DNA of 64,000 nucleotides, from contig CAVQSP010000014.1 of assembly GCA_963715985.1 (NCBI GenBank), positions 64,001-128,000 of the forward strand, read 5' to 3'. Positions 1 through 10,643 of this stretch are shown here, in pieces (position 1 is the stretch's first letter; every line of letters begins with the position of its first letter). The translations under genes were made by a program, and so were the position numbers. The notes under the pieces are model-generated. The model was not told the origin of the DNA. It was given only the letters and a program-made list of their open reading frames with translations, and did no database searches. This DNA comes from an uncultured Thermoleophilia bacterium. GTDB taxonomy: Bacteria; Actinomycetota; Thermoleophilia; UBA2241.

Positions 1-975
1 CCGGCACCTGCAGGACGAAGTGCGCGAGGTCGCTCACGTGGAGCCGCTGCTGGAGATCTTCGAGGCGGTGGCCGGGGGCTCGCTGTGGGACCGGCCCATC
101 TTCAGCACCATCGACTGCACCGTCGCCCCCCTCCAGCACGAGCGCGAGATGACCGAGGCGACCATGGCGCTCGTCAGGTCGGGCGTGCCGGTGCTGATCC
201 TGCCCATGCCGCTCACCGGCACCACCTCGCCGATCACCGTCCTCGGCACCTGCATCATCAACATGGCGGAGCTGCTCAGCGCCGTGGTCCTGTTCCAGCT
301 GGCTCAGCCCGGGTGCGGCCTCATCTCGGGCGTGGGGGCCGCCGTGGCCGACATGCGCACCGGCGGCTATCTGTGCGGTGCCCCCGAGGTCGGGCTCATC
401 AACGTCATCGGCATCGAGATGAGCAAGTACTACGGCCTGCCGGTGACCGGCTGTGCTGACCGGCGACGCCAAGGCGAGCAACCTGCAGGCCGGCGCGGAG
501 GGGATGCTCGCCGGCCTCGCCTGCGGCCTGGCCGGCGCCGACAGCATGCTGGCCTTCGGGCTGATGGACGGCGCGGAGACCGTGAGCCTGGCCAAGACGG
601 TCATGGACCGCGACATCGTCACCATGATCAAGCGCTTCCTGCGCGAGGACCCGATCGATGCGACGCGGGCGCTCACCGCCGACATCCGCGAGGTGGGCGT
701 GGGCGGCCACTACCTGGAGGCGAAGAGCACGCGCACGTTGCTGCACGCCGGCGAGCTGTGGTCGCCGGGCGTCTTCCAGCGGGCGCCGTTCGAGAGCTAC
801 GGCGGCCGCAGCCTCGTGGAAGACGCGGCACGAGCAGGCGCGTGAGCTGCTCAGCACGCATGAGGTCCCCCCGCTCGCCGAGGACGTGGTCGCGGAGATC
901 GACGCCGTGATCGCGCGCTACGCGCGCTCGGTCGGCGCGCCCGACGGCCGGGTACACTGGCGTCCTCGCGTCTGA
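1..975 (+). CDS. Trimethylamine methyltransferase (MttB/MtgB) superfamily protein, non-pyrrolysine; 5'-truncated, frameshifts near 453 and 830
   Basis: Pieces of ORFs 20-910, 453-845 and 658-975 join into one protein paralogous to 1001-2423 (TVAPLQH, AELLSAVVLFQLA, DAK..LQAGAEG, VGVGGHYL); Thr (acc) at the Pyl-equivalent site. Confidence 0.85.
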
Positions 976-1000
976 GCAGCCGGTACGACGAGGAGGAGAC

Positions 1001-2423
1001 GTGGCCCGACCGCGATTGAGCTACCTGAGCGAAGACGACAAGGCCTTCATCCACGAGCAGACGCTGCGCGTGCTCGAGGAGGTGGGCGTGGCCTACAACA
1101 CACCGACGCTCACGGCGCCCTTGCGCGAGGCGGGCGCCGTCGTCGACGAGGCCGCGCTCACGGCAAGGCTGCCGTGGGAGCTCATCGAGCGCTGCCTCGG
1201 CACCGTGCCCCGCCGGGTGCTGCTCGCCGGCCGCGACCCCGCCTACGACTGCGTGGTGGGGGCCGGCGAGGTGCTCTACACGAGCGACGGCGCGGCCACG
1301 TACATGCTCGACGACCTCACCGGGGAGCGGCACGAGGGCACGGCGGCCGACCTGGCGCAGATGATGCGCCTGTACGACGCCGTGCCCGAGATCGACTTCA
1401 CGTGGGCGACCATCACCCCCGGCGACGTGGACTCGCGCGTGGGCAATCTCGAGATGGCGCACATCGCCTACGCCAATTCGCGCAAGCACCTGCAGGACGA
1501 GGTGCGGCATCCGGACCAGGCGCCGGTGTTCATCGAGGTGCTCGAGACCATCGCCGGCGCGTCGCTGGCCGAGCGCCCCATCTGGTCGGCCACCAACTGC
1601 ACGGTGGCGCCGCTGCAGCACGACCCCGAGATGACCGAGGCGCACATCCTCATGGCGCGCGCGGGCTGTCCGGTGTTCGTGCTGCCCATGCCGATGATGG
1701 GGACCACCGGGCCCATGAGCGTGCTCGGCACCAGCATCCTCAACATGGCCGAGCTGCTCAGCGCGGTGGTCCTCTTCCAGCTGGCCGCGCCGGGCTGCGC
1801 CATGGTCTCGGCGGTCGGCTCCGCCGTCGCCGAGATGCGCAGCGGGCTCTACCTCTCGGGCGCGCCCGAGGACGGGCTCATCAACGCGATCTGCATCGAG
1901 ATGAGCAAGCGCTACGGGCTGCTCACCCAGGGTAGTGCCGTGAGCTGCGACGCCAAGGCCTGCGACCTGCAGGCTGGGGCCGAGGGCATGCTCACCGGAC
2001 TCGCGTGCGCGCTGGCCGGGGCCGACGTCCTGCTCGCCTTCGGGCTCATGGACAGCGCCCAGACGGCCAGCCTCGCCAAGACGGTGCTGGACGCCGACAC
2101 CGTGAACGCCATCGAGCGCTTCGTGCGCGACGATCCCATCGACGAGGCCGCGGCCCTGGTTGACGACATCATCGAGGTCGGCATCGGCGGCCACTTCCTG
2201 GCGCGCAAGAGCACGCGGCGCAGGTATCGCGAGGGCGAGCTCTGGCAGCCGAAGCTGTGGCACCGGGCGACCTTCGAGCACTACGAGGGCACGCCGCTGA
2301 TCAAGGACGCCTGGGAGCGTGCCCACGAGCTCATCGACGGCGAGCGACGTGCCGCCGCTGCCCGACGAGGTGGAGCGGCGCGTGAGCGCGCTCATCGCCG
2401 GCTACCTTCGCACGCGCGAGTGA
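1001..2423 (+). CDS. MttB/MtgB superfamily methyltransferase, non-pyrrolysine; frameshift near 2345
   Basis: MttB N-terminus (IHEQTLRVLEEVGV), SCDAKACDLQAG, VGIGGHFL; shifted frame gives the typical C-terminus VPPLPDEVERRVSALIAGYLRTRE ending TGA 2421-2423; GAGGAG RBS. Confidence 0.88.
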
Positions 2424-3112
2424 GCGGTCCGGTCGAGGTTCTCGAGCGCGCCGAGGGACGCAGCGGCGAGCTGGTCCTGCGGCGCAGCGGCGCCGACCTG
2501 GAGGTCATCCTCAACGGCGCCTTTCTCATCTCCACGGCCAACGACGCCTCCAGCAGGGCGATGGTGTCCGCGGCCCTGCCGCACCTCGCCGGCGACCGTC
2601 TGCGGGTGCTCATCGGCGGCCTCGGCCTGGGCTACGCCCTCGACGAGGCGCTGGCCAGCGACCGCGTCGCCCACGTGACGGTGGTCGAGCTCGAGCCGAC
2701 CATCGAGCGCTGGTTCCGCACGCACGGAGGGGCGCGCGCGGCGCGCGCCGCCGAAGGCGAGCGCGCCGGCCGCGCCCACATCGAGTGTGCGCACGTGGCC
2801 GACATCCTGGCTCGCGACCCGGGCCGCTACGATCTCGTGTCGCTCGACACCGACAACGGCCCCGCCTGGCTGGTCCGCGACGACAACGCCGCCCTGTACT
2901 CGCCCGCCGGCGTTCGGCTCGCCGCCGCGGCACTGCGTCCCGGCGGCGCGGCCGTGTTCTGGTCGCCCGACCGCTACCCGGCCTTCGAGACGGTGCTCGC
3001 CGAGGTCTTCCCTCGCGTCGTCCCGGTACCGGCGTTCGACCTCGTCCAGGGCAGCCGTCACGAGTACACCATGTACGTGGGGCTCACGGAGCGGCCGGCG
3101 GCGGTAGAATAG
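2420..3112 (+). CDS. Spermidine synthase-like class I SAM-dependent methyltransferase
   Basis: RVLIGGLGLGY SAM motif, VVELEP, LDTDNGP; GTG start overlaps upstream TGA. Confidence 0.75.
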   Translation: MSGPVEVLERAEGRSGELVLRRSGADLEVILNGAFLISTANDASSRAMVSAALPHLAGDRLRVLIGGLGLGYALDEALASDRVAHVTVVELEPTIERWFRTHGGARAARAAEGERAGRAHIECAHVADILARDPGRYDLVSLDTDNGPAWLVRDDNAALYSPAGVRLAAAALRPGGAAVFWSPDRYPAFETVLAEVFPRVVPVPAFDLVQGSRHEYTMYVGLTERPAAVE

Positions 3113-3134
3113 GAGCGTCCCCGAAGGAGGTCGC

Positions 3135-3332
3135 GTGGCGCTCACCTGGAAGCAGCCGGACGAGGTGGCCTGGGCGCTCATCGACGCCTATCCGGACACC
3201 GACCCTCTCGAGCTCAACTTCGTCGACCTGCACCGCATGGTCGTGGATCTCGACGGCTTCACCGACGACCCGGACGAGGCCAGCGAGATCATCCTTGAGG
3301 CGATCGTGATGGCGTGGCATGAGCAGCGCTGA
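3135..3332 (+). CDS. iscX: Fe-S cluster assembly protein IscX (YfhJ)
   Basis: 65-aa acidic protein LTW...AWALIDAYPDTDP..LNFVDL..MV..L.GF.DDP....E.ILEAI..AW; AAGGAGG RBS. Confidence 0.85.
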   Translation: MALTWKQPDEVAWALIDAYPDTDPLELNFVDLHRMVVDLDGFTDDPDEASEIILEAIVMAWHEQR

Positions 3333-3949
3333 CGACGAGCTCCTCGGTCTCTTCCCTCTGGGCATCGTGCTGCTGCCCGGCGAGGTCGTGCCGCTGCACA
3401 TCTTCGAGGAGCGCTACAAGCTGCTGGTGCAGGAGCGCCTGGACGGCGGCGAGTTCGGCATCATCCTCGCCGACGACGAGGGCGCCCGTGAGTGCGGGTG
3501 CACGGCGCGCGTGGCGGAGCTTCTGGAGGAGCTGGACGACGGCCGCATGAACATCCTCGTGGAGGGCGGCCGGCGCTTTCGCGTCGCGGACCTTCACCAC
3601 TCCGGACGACCCGGCCACCGAGTACCTCCGCGGGCTCGTGGAGTACTTCGACGATGAGGACGTGGAGGCGCCGGAGCAGCTGCGGGCGGCCGTGCTCGAG
3701 GCCTTCCGCAAGATGCTCCTGCTCATGGACGTGGAGGCACCGCGCGAGCCCGTCGGTGGTCAGCTGCTCTCGTTCCGCGTGGCGGCGGCCGTGGATTTCG
3801 GCACGCCCCTCAAGCAGGAGCTGCTCGAGTCCCTCTCCGAATCCCAGCGGCTGGAGACGCTGCTCACGGTCATGGAGACCCTGCTGCCGCGGCTCAAGTT
3901 GCGCAAGGAGCGCGAAGAGGCCATCCGCGGCAACGGCAAGGGCTACTAA
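3319..3949 (+). CDS. LON peptidase N-terminal (substrate-binding) domain protein; frameshift near 3600
   Basis: LFPLGIVLLPGEVVPLHIFEERY motif; C-terminal part in ORF 3638-3949 (KQELLE...RL). Confidence 0.8.
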
Positions 3950-4921
3950 GGCACGAGCACGATCTTGCCGAGGTGCGGCCCGGCGAGCAGTTCGTGGGCG
4001 CGCCGGGCCTCTGCCAGCGGCAGCGTCTCCCCGATCACCGGCCTCACCTTGCCGGCCGCCGCCATGGCGCCGATCTCGGCGGCGATCGCCGCCACACCGG
4101 CGCGGCCGGCGTTGCTGAGGCTCATGAAGAGCAGGCTGGCGTCCTTGGCCAGCGCCTCGCCGATGGGCACGGTCGCCTCCGGCGACGGTCCCTGGCCCGT
4201 GCACACGATGCGCCCGCCCTTGGCCACCAGCCTCACGTCGGCCGGCAGGTTGAGCGCTGATGACGAGCTCGTGGACGAGGTCGAAGCCCTTGCCTTCGGT
4301 CAGCTCCAGGCCGCGGGCCACGACGTCCTCCGCCTTGTAGTCGATCACGTCGGTGGCGCCGAGGCTGCGCACGAGGTCCGCCTCGGCCTCGCCGGCCACG
4401 GTGCCCACCACGCGGGCGCCGAGCGCCGTGGCCAGCTGCACTGAGGCGGACCCGACGCCGCCGGCCGCGCCCTGGACGAGTACGGTCTCTCCGGCCTGCA
4501 CGGCGCCGCGGCGCACGAGGGCATAGTAGGCGGTGGGGAACACCATGCCCAGGGCGGCGGCCTCCGGCATCGAGAGCCCTGCGGGAACAGGGACCGCCGC
4601 GGCCTCGAAGACCACGACGTACTCCGCGTAGCTCCCCTCGCTGCCCACGCCGAGCCCGCTGAAGAACACGGCGTCGCCCGGCTTCAGGCCGGTGACCTCG
4701 TCACCGACTGCTTCGACCACGCCGGCGCCGTCGGAGCCGATGATCTTGGGGGGCTGCTTGGGGGTCGGGAAGCGGTCCTCGCGCACGGCCACGTCGATGG
4801 GGTTCACCGTGGCGGCGGCGACGCGCACCAGCACCTGGCCGGGCTTGGGCTCGGGGGTCGGGACTTCCTCGTAGACCAGCACCTCCGGCCCGCCGTACTC
4901 GTGGATGCGCACCGCCTTCAT
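3946..4921 (-). CDS. NADPH:quinone oxidoreductase (MDR family); frameshift near 4250
   Basis: MKAVRIHEYGGPEVL, VNPID, VLVQGAAGGVG; C-terminus HLGKIVL in ORF 3946-4236. Confidence 0.85.
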
Positions 4922-5003
4922 CTCGTCGCCTCCTCAGCTCCGCTCGTCAGACGTCCGCAGAGACTGTACCCGCGACGCCCGCGTGGCTACCGGGCGGCGG
5001 CGC

Positions 5004-6044
5004 TCAGGCCGGCAGGGACGGCTGCGCCGTCTGCCGGCGCCCGCGCCGCAGCCGCCGGGCGACGTACCAGATCACGAGGGCGACGCCGCCGAACACGATG
5101 ACGAAGGGGAGCACGGCGGTCACTGCGAGCGCCGTGACGCGAGCGCCGTGGACGAGGATCCGGAGGGAGTGCCGCAGGGTCCCGCCGAACGTGGCCGAGG
5201 GACCGGCGGCGACGGCCGCGGCACCCTTCTCGCGCACGAAGACCGACAGGGTGCCGTAGGTGGTCTGCTCGCGCAGCGACTTGAGCTGGGCGCTCAGCTG
5301 CTCGATCTCCAGCTGCACCTTGTCGATGCGGTCCTGCACGGCCAGCATCTCGTTGATGGTGTCGGTCTGGGCGAGGAAGCGCACCAGGCGGGTCTCCACG
5401 GCGCGCTGGTGCTTGAGGCGCGCCTGCAGGTCCACGTACTGCGACGTGACGTCCTCGCTGGCGGTGGACACGCTCTCCACCTCTCCCAGCGCGGCGAAGC
5501 GCTTGATGGTCGCGTCGAAGCTGCGCTCGGGGACGCGGACGGTGAGCGTGGCATACGGGCTTGAGGTGGCGGAGGAGCTGCTCACCGGGGAGTCGGGGGC
5601 GGGAACGACGTCTCCGCCCGTCTCGGCGAGCGGGACCGGCGTGCCGTAGTCGCTGCCCACGGCGCTGGACATCACGTACCCGCCGGACGCGACCGTCATC
5701 GAGGTGAGGCGGTCGACGGTGGACAGCAGCGTGCCGCGCTTGACCAGCAGCGAGAGGTCGCCGGTGCGCAGCAGGTGGTGCGCGGAGTAGGTGGAGGCGG
5801 GTGGCACGGCGAGGGCCACGTCGCCGGACGAGGTGGTGGACATGTTGTCGGCCGCCGGGGCGCCCGCCGAGCCCCCGCCCAGCTCGGCCACCGACGCGGC
5901 GGCGCGTGCGGCGGTCTTCTGGGCGCCGTCTCCGCGGGAGTTCGTCGTGGTCAACGCGCCGACGAGCGCGAACAGGCCTACGAGTCCGGCGAGGCAGGCG
6001 ATGAGGATCGGTACGAGTACTCTGAGTCTGGGCTTGCGTGCCAT
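5004..6044 (-). CDS. DUF4349-like membrane-anchored coiled-coil protein
   Basis: N-terminal TM, ATLTVRVP, EDVTSQYVDLQARL, C-terminal TM. Confidence 0.75.
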   Translation of the reverse strand: MARKPRLRVLVPILIACLAGLVGLFALVGALTTTNSRGDGAQKTAARAAASVAELGGGSAGAPAADNMSTTSSGDVALAVPPASTYSAHHLLRTGDLSLLVKRGTLLSTVDRLTSMTVASGGYVMSSAVGSDYGTPVPLAETGGDVVPAPDSPVSSSSATSSPYATLTVRVPERSFDATIKRFAALGEVESVSTASEDVTSQYVDLQARLKHQRAVETRLVRFLAQTDTINEMLAVQDRIDKVQLEIEQLSAQLKSLREQTTYGTLSVFVREKGAAAVAAGPSATFGGTLRHSLRILVHGARVTALAVTAVLPFVIVFGGVALVIWYVARRLRRGRRQTAQPSLPA

Positions 6045-6260
6045 TGCTACCCTCCCCCTCGGGCCGCGCGGGACGCGGCCGCTTAGCTGTCGGGTGAGAC
6101 GGCATCGCGGTCCGCAGGGTTCGCACGACCCCGTTCCTGCTCGTCAAGGTCGTGGGTCCCCTCCGGACCGCTGGTGAGGCTGTGTCGATCGTACCGCCGC
6201 CTGCTGCGGTCCAATCGAGTCCTCGCCCCCGGTAGAATCGGCACCGGCGAGAGGAGGAAC

Positions 6261-6719
6261 GTGGGCGGCAGTGGCGACATCACCATCGGGGAGTTCACCA
6301 TGGACGACTACCCCGTGGTGTACGTGCTCTGGCAGCGCGGCGGCCTGTGGATGCGACCGTCGGACGGCCCCCGGCCGACGCTGCTCAAGCTGGCGCGCGA
6401 CCCCCAGCTCTTCCTCGTCGCGCGCGACGCCGGCGGCGCCATCGTGGGCACCGTCATGGGCGGCTGGGACGGGCGGCGCGCGTACGTGTACCACCTCGCC
6501 GTCATGCCGGAGCGCACGCGCCAGGGCGTAGCCACGCTGCTCATGGACGAGCTCGAGGAGCGCTTCCGCCGTCTGGGCGCGCTCAAGGCGAAGATGCAGA
6601 TCCTCGTGGACAACGACGTCTCCAAGGCGTTCTTCGCCGCGCGCGGCTACGTGCGTGAGGATGACTGCGAACCGTGGGGCAAGGAGCTCGTCAAAGGCGG
6701 GGCGCCGCCGACGAGGTGA
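6261..6719 (+). CDS. GNAT N-acetyltransferase (YpeA-like)
   Basis: VGTVMGGWDGRRAYVYHLAV..E.TRQGVA; GAGGAGG RBS before GTG 6261. Confidence 0.8.
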   Translation: MGGSGDITIGEFTMDDYPVVYVLWQRGGLWMRPSDGPRPTLLKLARDPQLFLVARDAGGAIVGTVMGGWDGRRAYVYHLAVMPERTRQGVATLLMDELEERFRRLGALKAKMQILVDNDVSKAFFAARGYVREDDCEPWGKELVKGGAPPTR

Positions 6720-6763
6720 TGACCCGCGGCGCCCCCGTGAGGGGCGCAGGGCGAGGGAGAGGA

Positions 6764-6807
6764 TGACGGCGGGCGGCGGTCCCCGAGGGGACCGCCGCCC
6801 GCCGTCA
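6764..6807. terminator. Long perfect hairpin between convergent genes (likely bidirectional terminator)
   Basis: tgacggcgggcggcggtcccc-ga-ggggaccgccgcccgccgtca. Confidence 0.7.
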
Positions 6808-6827
6808 CGCCGCTCTCTGCAACCGGC

Positions 6828-7924
6828 TCAGCCTCTCGGCTGCTGCTGCGTGATGCAGTGTACGTTGCCGCCGCCGAGCACGATCTCGCGGCCGGGCACG
6901 GTGACGACCTCCCGCTGCGGGAAGACGCCGGCGACGATCTCCTTCGCCACGGCGTCGTTGGGGTCGCCGAACGTCGGCAGGATGATGCCGTCGTTCACGA
7001 TGAGGAAGTTGAGGTAGGACGCGGCGGTCTTGTCGCCGGGCCGCCTCGGGATCGAGCCCTCGGCGCTGTCCACGCCCCACGCCTCGTCTGCGGTGATCTC
7101 CATGATCGCCGGCATCGGCACGGTGTGGACCTCGAGCGCCGCGCCCCTTCGCGTCCGTCGTCTCCCGCAGCACGCCGCAGGTTGTCCTGCAGCAGCTCGT
7201 AGCGCCAGTCGTCCTCGTCCTCGGTGATCGCGGCCAGCACGACGCCGGGCCGCACGAAGCAGGCGACGTCGTCGACGTGGCCGTTGGTCTCGTCGGGGTC
7301 GATGCCCCGGCCCAGCCAGATGACCTTCTCCACGTTCAGGTAGTCGCGCAGGTGCTGCTCGATCTGCTCACGGCTCAGGTCCGGGTTGCGGCCGGGGCTG
7401 AGGAGGCACTCCTCGGTGGTGATGACGGTGCCCTCGCCGTCCACGTGGATCGAGCCGCCCTCCATGACGAGGTCGGCCTTGTAGCGGTCGACGCCCTCGA
7501 TCTGAGCCACCTTCTGCGGGACCAGCTGGTCCTTCTCCCAGGGGAAGTAGAGGCCGTCGTAGAGCCCGCCCCAGGCGTTGAAGTCCCAGTCGACGAGACG
7601 CACGTCACCCTCGTCGTTGACGACGAAGGTCGGGCCGCAGTCGCGCATCCAGGCGTCGTTGCTCGAGATCTCGACGACGCGCACGGAGTCGGGAAGCAGG
7701 TCGACGGCGTTCTCGTACTGGTCGTTGTTGACGCCCACCGTGACGGGCTCGAACTGCGCGATGGCCGTCGCCACCTCCACCCAGGATCGCTGCGCGGGCT
7801 TGGCGCCGAGACGCCAGTTGTCGGGGCGCTGCGGCCAGAGCATCCAGACCTGCTTGTGGGGTTCGAACTCCCCGGGCATGCGGTAGCCGTCTGCGCGCGG
7901 AGTGCTGTCGATGAGCTTGGTCAT
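6828..7924 (-). CDS. aguA: Agmatine deiminase; frameshifts near 7140-7175
   Basis: [45 protein letters not shown], catalytic [11 protein letters not shown]. Confidence 0.92.
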
Positions 7925-7953
7925 GCGGACCTCCCGACGGCCGTTGCGGGCCG

Positions 7954-9135
7954 TCACCTCTCGGCGGCTCGCCGCCGCGTGCTGATGTCGATGACGTCTG
8001 CGCCGTCGGCCGGAGGCGTGCCCCGCCGCGGCTTCCTCGCCGGCGCCTTGGCGACCTTCGCCTTCGGGGCCGGCGTGCGGTCGGCCTTCACGGCCGCCGG
8101 CTTCTTGGCCGGGGCGGCCGCCTTGGCCGGCGCCTCACCGGCCGGAGAGGCGGCCGAGGAGCGCCGCCGGGCCGGCTTGTCCGGCACGATGTGCGTCCCC
8201 GCCCTGCCGGCCAGCGCCGGGCCGACCTCGGTCAGCGAGGCGATCACGGATTCGCCGCCGGCGTCGACGAAGCGCAGGCAGGCCTCGACCTTGGGGCCCA
8301 TCGAGCCGGCCTTGAAGTGGCCCTCGGCGGCGTAGGTGCGCATCTGGGCGGCGCTCACCCGCGAGAGCGCCGTCTGCTCCGGCGTGCCGTAGGCCACGTA
8401 GGCCTGGGGCACGTCGGTGAGGATGAGGAGGGCGTCGGCGCCGAGCTCCCTGGCCAGCAGCGCCGCGGCGAGGTCCTTGTCGATGACCGCGTCGATGCCG
8501 GAGAGGGCGCCGCGGCTGCGGACCACGGGCACGCCGCCGCCGCCCGCGCAGATCACGAGGGCGCCGCCCTCGACGAGGTCGCGCACGGCCTCGATCTCGA
8601 CGATCTCGCACGGTTCGGGGCTGGGCACGACGCGGCGCCAGCCGCGTCCTGCGTCCTCGCGCATCGCGAGGCCCTCCTCGAGCATCATCTTCCGCGCCTG
8701 GGCCTCGGAGTAGAACGGGCCCACCGGCTTGGAGGGCGCCGCGAAGGCCTTGTCTCTGGGGTCGACGGCGACCTGGGTCACGAGGGTGACGACCGGCACC
8801 TCGAGCTTGCGCTTGCGCAGGTGGTTGGCCAGGGCCTGGGCGGCCATGTAGCCGATCTGGCCCTGGCTCTCGGCGCCGCAGACGTCCATCGGCATCGGCG
8901 CCACCGTCTTCGCCGCGAGCGCGTTCTGGATGAGGAGGTTGCCGACCTGGGGGCCGTTGCCGTGGGTGAGCACCACGCGCCAGCCGTCCTCGACGAGGGC
9001 GGCGATGCGGCGCATGGCGCCGTCGATGTTGAAGAGCTGCTCCTCGAAGGTGCCGACCTGGCCGGGCTGGAGGATGGCGTTGCCGCCGAGGGCGACGACG
9101 ACGGTCCCGCCGGTCTTCTTGCGCGTTGCTGCCAT
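7954..9135 (-). CDS. arcC: Carbamate kinase with Ala/Lys/Pro-rich C-terminal tail
   Basis: [43 protein letters not shown]. Confidence 0.92.
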   Translation of the reverse strand: MAATRKKTGGTVVVALGGNAILQPGQVGTFEEQLFNIDGAMRRIAALVEDGWRVVLTHGNGPQVGNLLIQNALAAKTVAPMPMDVCGAESQGQIGYMAAQALANHLRKRKLEVPVVTLVTQVAVDPRDKAFAAPSKPVGPFYSEAQARKMMLEEGLAMREDAGRGWRRVVPSPEPCEIVEIEAVRDLVEGGALVICAGGGGVPVVRSRGALSGIDAVIDKDLAAALLARELGADALLILTDVPQAYVAYGTPEQTALSRVSAAQMRTYAAEGHFKAGSMGPKVEACLRFVDAGGESVIASLTEVGPALAGRAGTHIVPDKPARRRSSAASPAGEAPAKAAAPAKKPAAVKADRTPAPKAKVAKAPARKPRRGTPPADGADVIDISTRRRAAER

Positions 9136-9145
9136 CGTTGTGCCT

Positions 9146-10600
9146 CTATCCTCGCGCGTCGCCCGCCGTGGCCGCCGGTGCGCCGCGGCCCTTGCGGCTG
9201 GAGTGCCAGTAGAGCCACCAGCCTATGAGCAGCGAGACGATCGTGCCACCACCGGTGATCACCCAGAACGTGCCCTTCGAGACGCCCTCCGCCGGGAAGT
9301 AGAAGAAGAGGAAGAGCGTGAGCACGATCCCGGCTTCACAGAGAAGCGTTGCGATCCAGGCCCCCGCCTTGCCGCCCGGGATGGTGTACGGGCGAGGCTG
9401 GTCTGGATGCTTGTGCCGCAGTACGAGCAGCGCCGGGAACATGAGCAGGTACGGGAACAGGAAGACGATGGACGAGAGGGCGAACAGCGTCCAGAACACG
9501 CTCGCCTGGTTCGGGTCGAGCACGTAGGCGAGCACAGTGATGCCTGTCGCGATGAGGCCCATCAGCACGAACGCGTAGTCGGGCGTGCCGAAGCGCTTGT
9601 TCTCGTGGCCGAACACGCCGGGGGCAGTCTCGTCGAGGCCGGTGGCGCTGATCGTCTGGTTGGCACCGATCGACCAGGTCACCATGTTGCCGAAGAACGT
9701 GAACAGCAGGGCGACGACGGCGATGTCGAACAGCCACGTCGCGCCGCCGAGGATGTCGTCGAACATGAGCTTGAGGGCGTCGACGATGCCGGTGACGATG
9801 CTGACGTCGGCGGTCTTGGTGGCGGCCAGGATCCCGAACGTCGCGAACATGTAGACGGCGAGGATCGCCGCGCCCGCCATGATGATCATCTTGGGCACGT
9901 CGCGCTTGGGGTCCTTGATGGCCCCGCCGGCCGAGCTCATGAGCTCGAAGCCCATGTACGAGTAGATGATGATCGGCAGGAACGACAGGCTGTCGGTGTT
10001 CCAGGCCGGCACCCACTCGCTGAGCGCGAAAGAGTTGGCGGTGCCGTGCTTGATCGCGTAGACCACGCCGAGCACGCCCAGACCGACGAGCACGATGACC
10101 TTGAGCGCGGCGCTCAGGTTGGGCACGAACTTGCTCCACTCGAGCGGCAGGATGCCGACGATCACGATGGCCCACACCATCGCGATCACGATCACGGCCT
10201 CCCAGAAGGGCGGCACGTCCACGCCGAAGGCGACCTCGATGGCGCCGATGAAGAGCACGAACACGGAGGGCGCCCAGAGGGCGACGTTGACCCAGTACAT
10301 CCACGAGGTCACCGTTCCCCAGCCGGGGCCGAAGGCGGTCTTGACCCACACGTAGATGCCGCCCTCGTCCGGCCAGGCGCTGCCCAGCTCGGCGGTGACG
10401 AACCCGTAGGGGATGAAGAAGAGCAGGCCGAGGATGATCCAGAAGCCGAGGCCCTGGACGCCCATCGCCGCCGAGCTGGCGACGGTGTCGGCGACGAGGA
10501 TCGCCGACACGCTGAACAGCACCATGCTGAACAGGCCGAACACCTTGGGTTTGTCTGCGAGCGCTCCCCCGGGCGCTCCTGGCTGGAGATCGGTCGCCAT
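9146..10600 (-). CDS. APC-family permease, probable agmatine/putrescine antiporter
   Basis: About 12 TM, AELGSAWPDEGGIYVWV, MGFEL, RPYTIPGG; lies in agu cluster. Confidence 0.8.
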   Translation of the reverse strand: MATDLQPGAPGGALADKPKVFGLFSMVLFSVSAILVADTVASSAAMGVQGLGFWIILGLLFFIPYGFVTAELGSAWPDEGGIYVWVKTAFGPGWGTVTSWMYWVNVALWAPSVFVLFIGAIEVAFGVDVPPFWEAVIVIAMVWAIVIVGILPLEWSKFVPNLSAALKVIVLVGLGVLGVVYAIKHGTANSFALSEWVPAWNTDSLSFLPIIIYSYMGFELMSSAGGAIKDPKRDVPKMIIMAGAAILAVYMFATFGILAATKTADVSIVTGIVDALKLMFDDILGGATWLFDIAVVALLFTFFGNMVTWSIGANQTISATGLDETAPGVFGHENKRFGTPDYAFVLMGLIATGITVLAYVLDPNQASVFWTLFALSSIVFLFPYLLMFPALLVLRHKHPDQPRPYTIPGGKAGAWIATLLCEAGIVLTLFLFFYFPAEGVSKGTFWVITGGGTIVSLLIGWWLYWHSSRKGRGAPAATAGDARG

Positions 10601-10643
10601 GGCCGTGCGTTCCTTTCGCTGCCGCGAGTGCTGCGGGCGCCGC

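Noticed and set aside
445-475. Frameshift beside the Pyl-equivalent site of the first MttB as hidden recoding
   Set aside because: No TAG; the site is intact acc (Thr) and comparison with the paralog suggests a 2-nt loss just upstream
1001-3112. 703-aa MttB-SAM methyltransferase fusion in the ORF track
   Set aside because: An indel near 2345 explains it; the shifted frame restores a normal MttB C-terminus ending TGA 2421-2423, overlapping the next GTG
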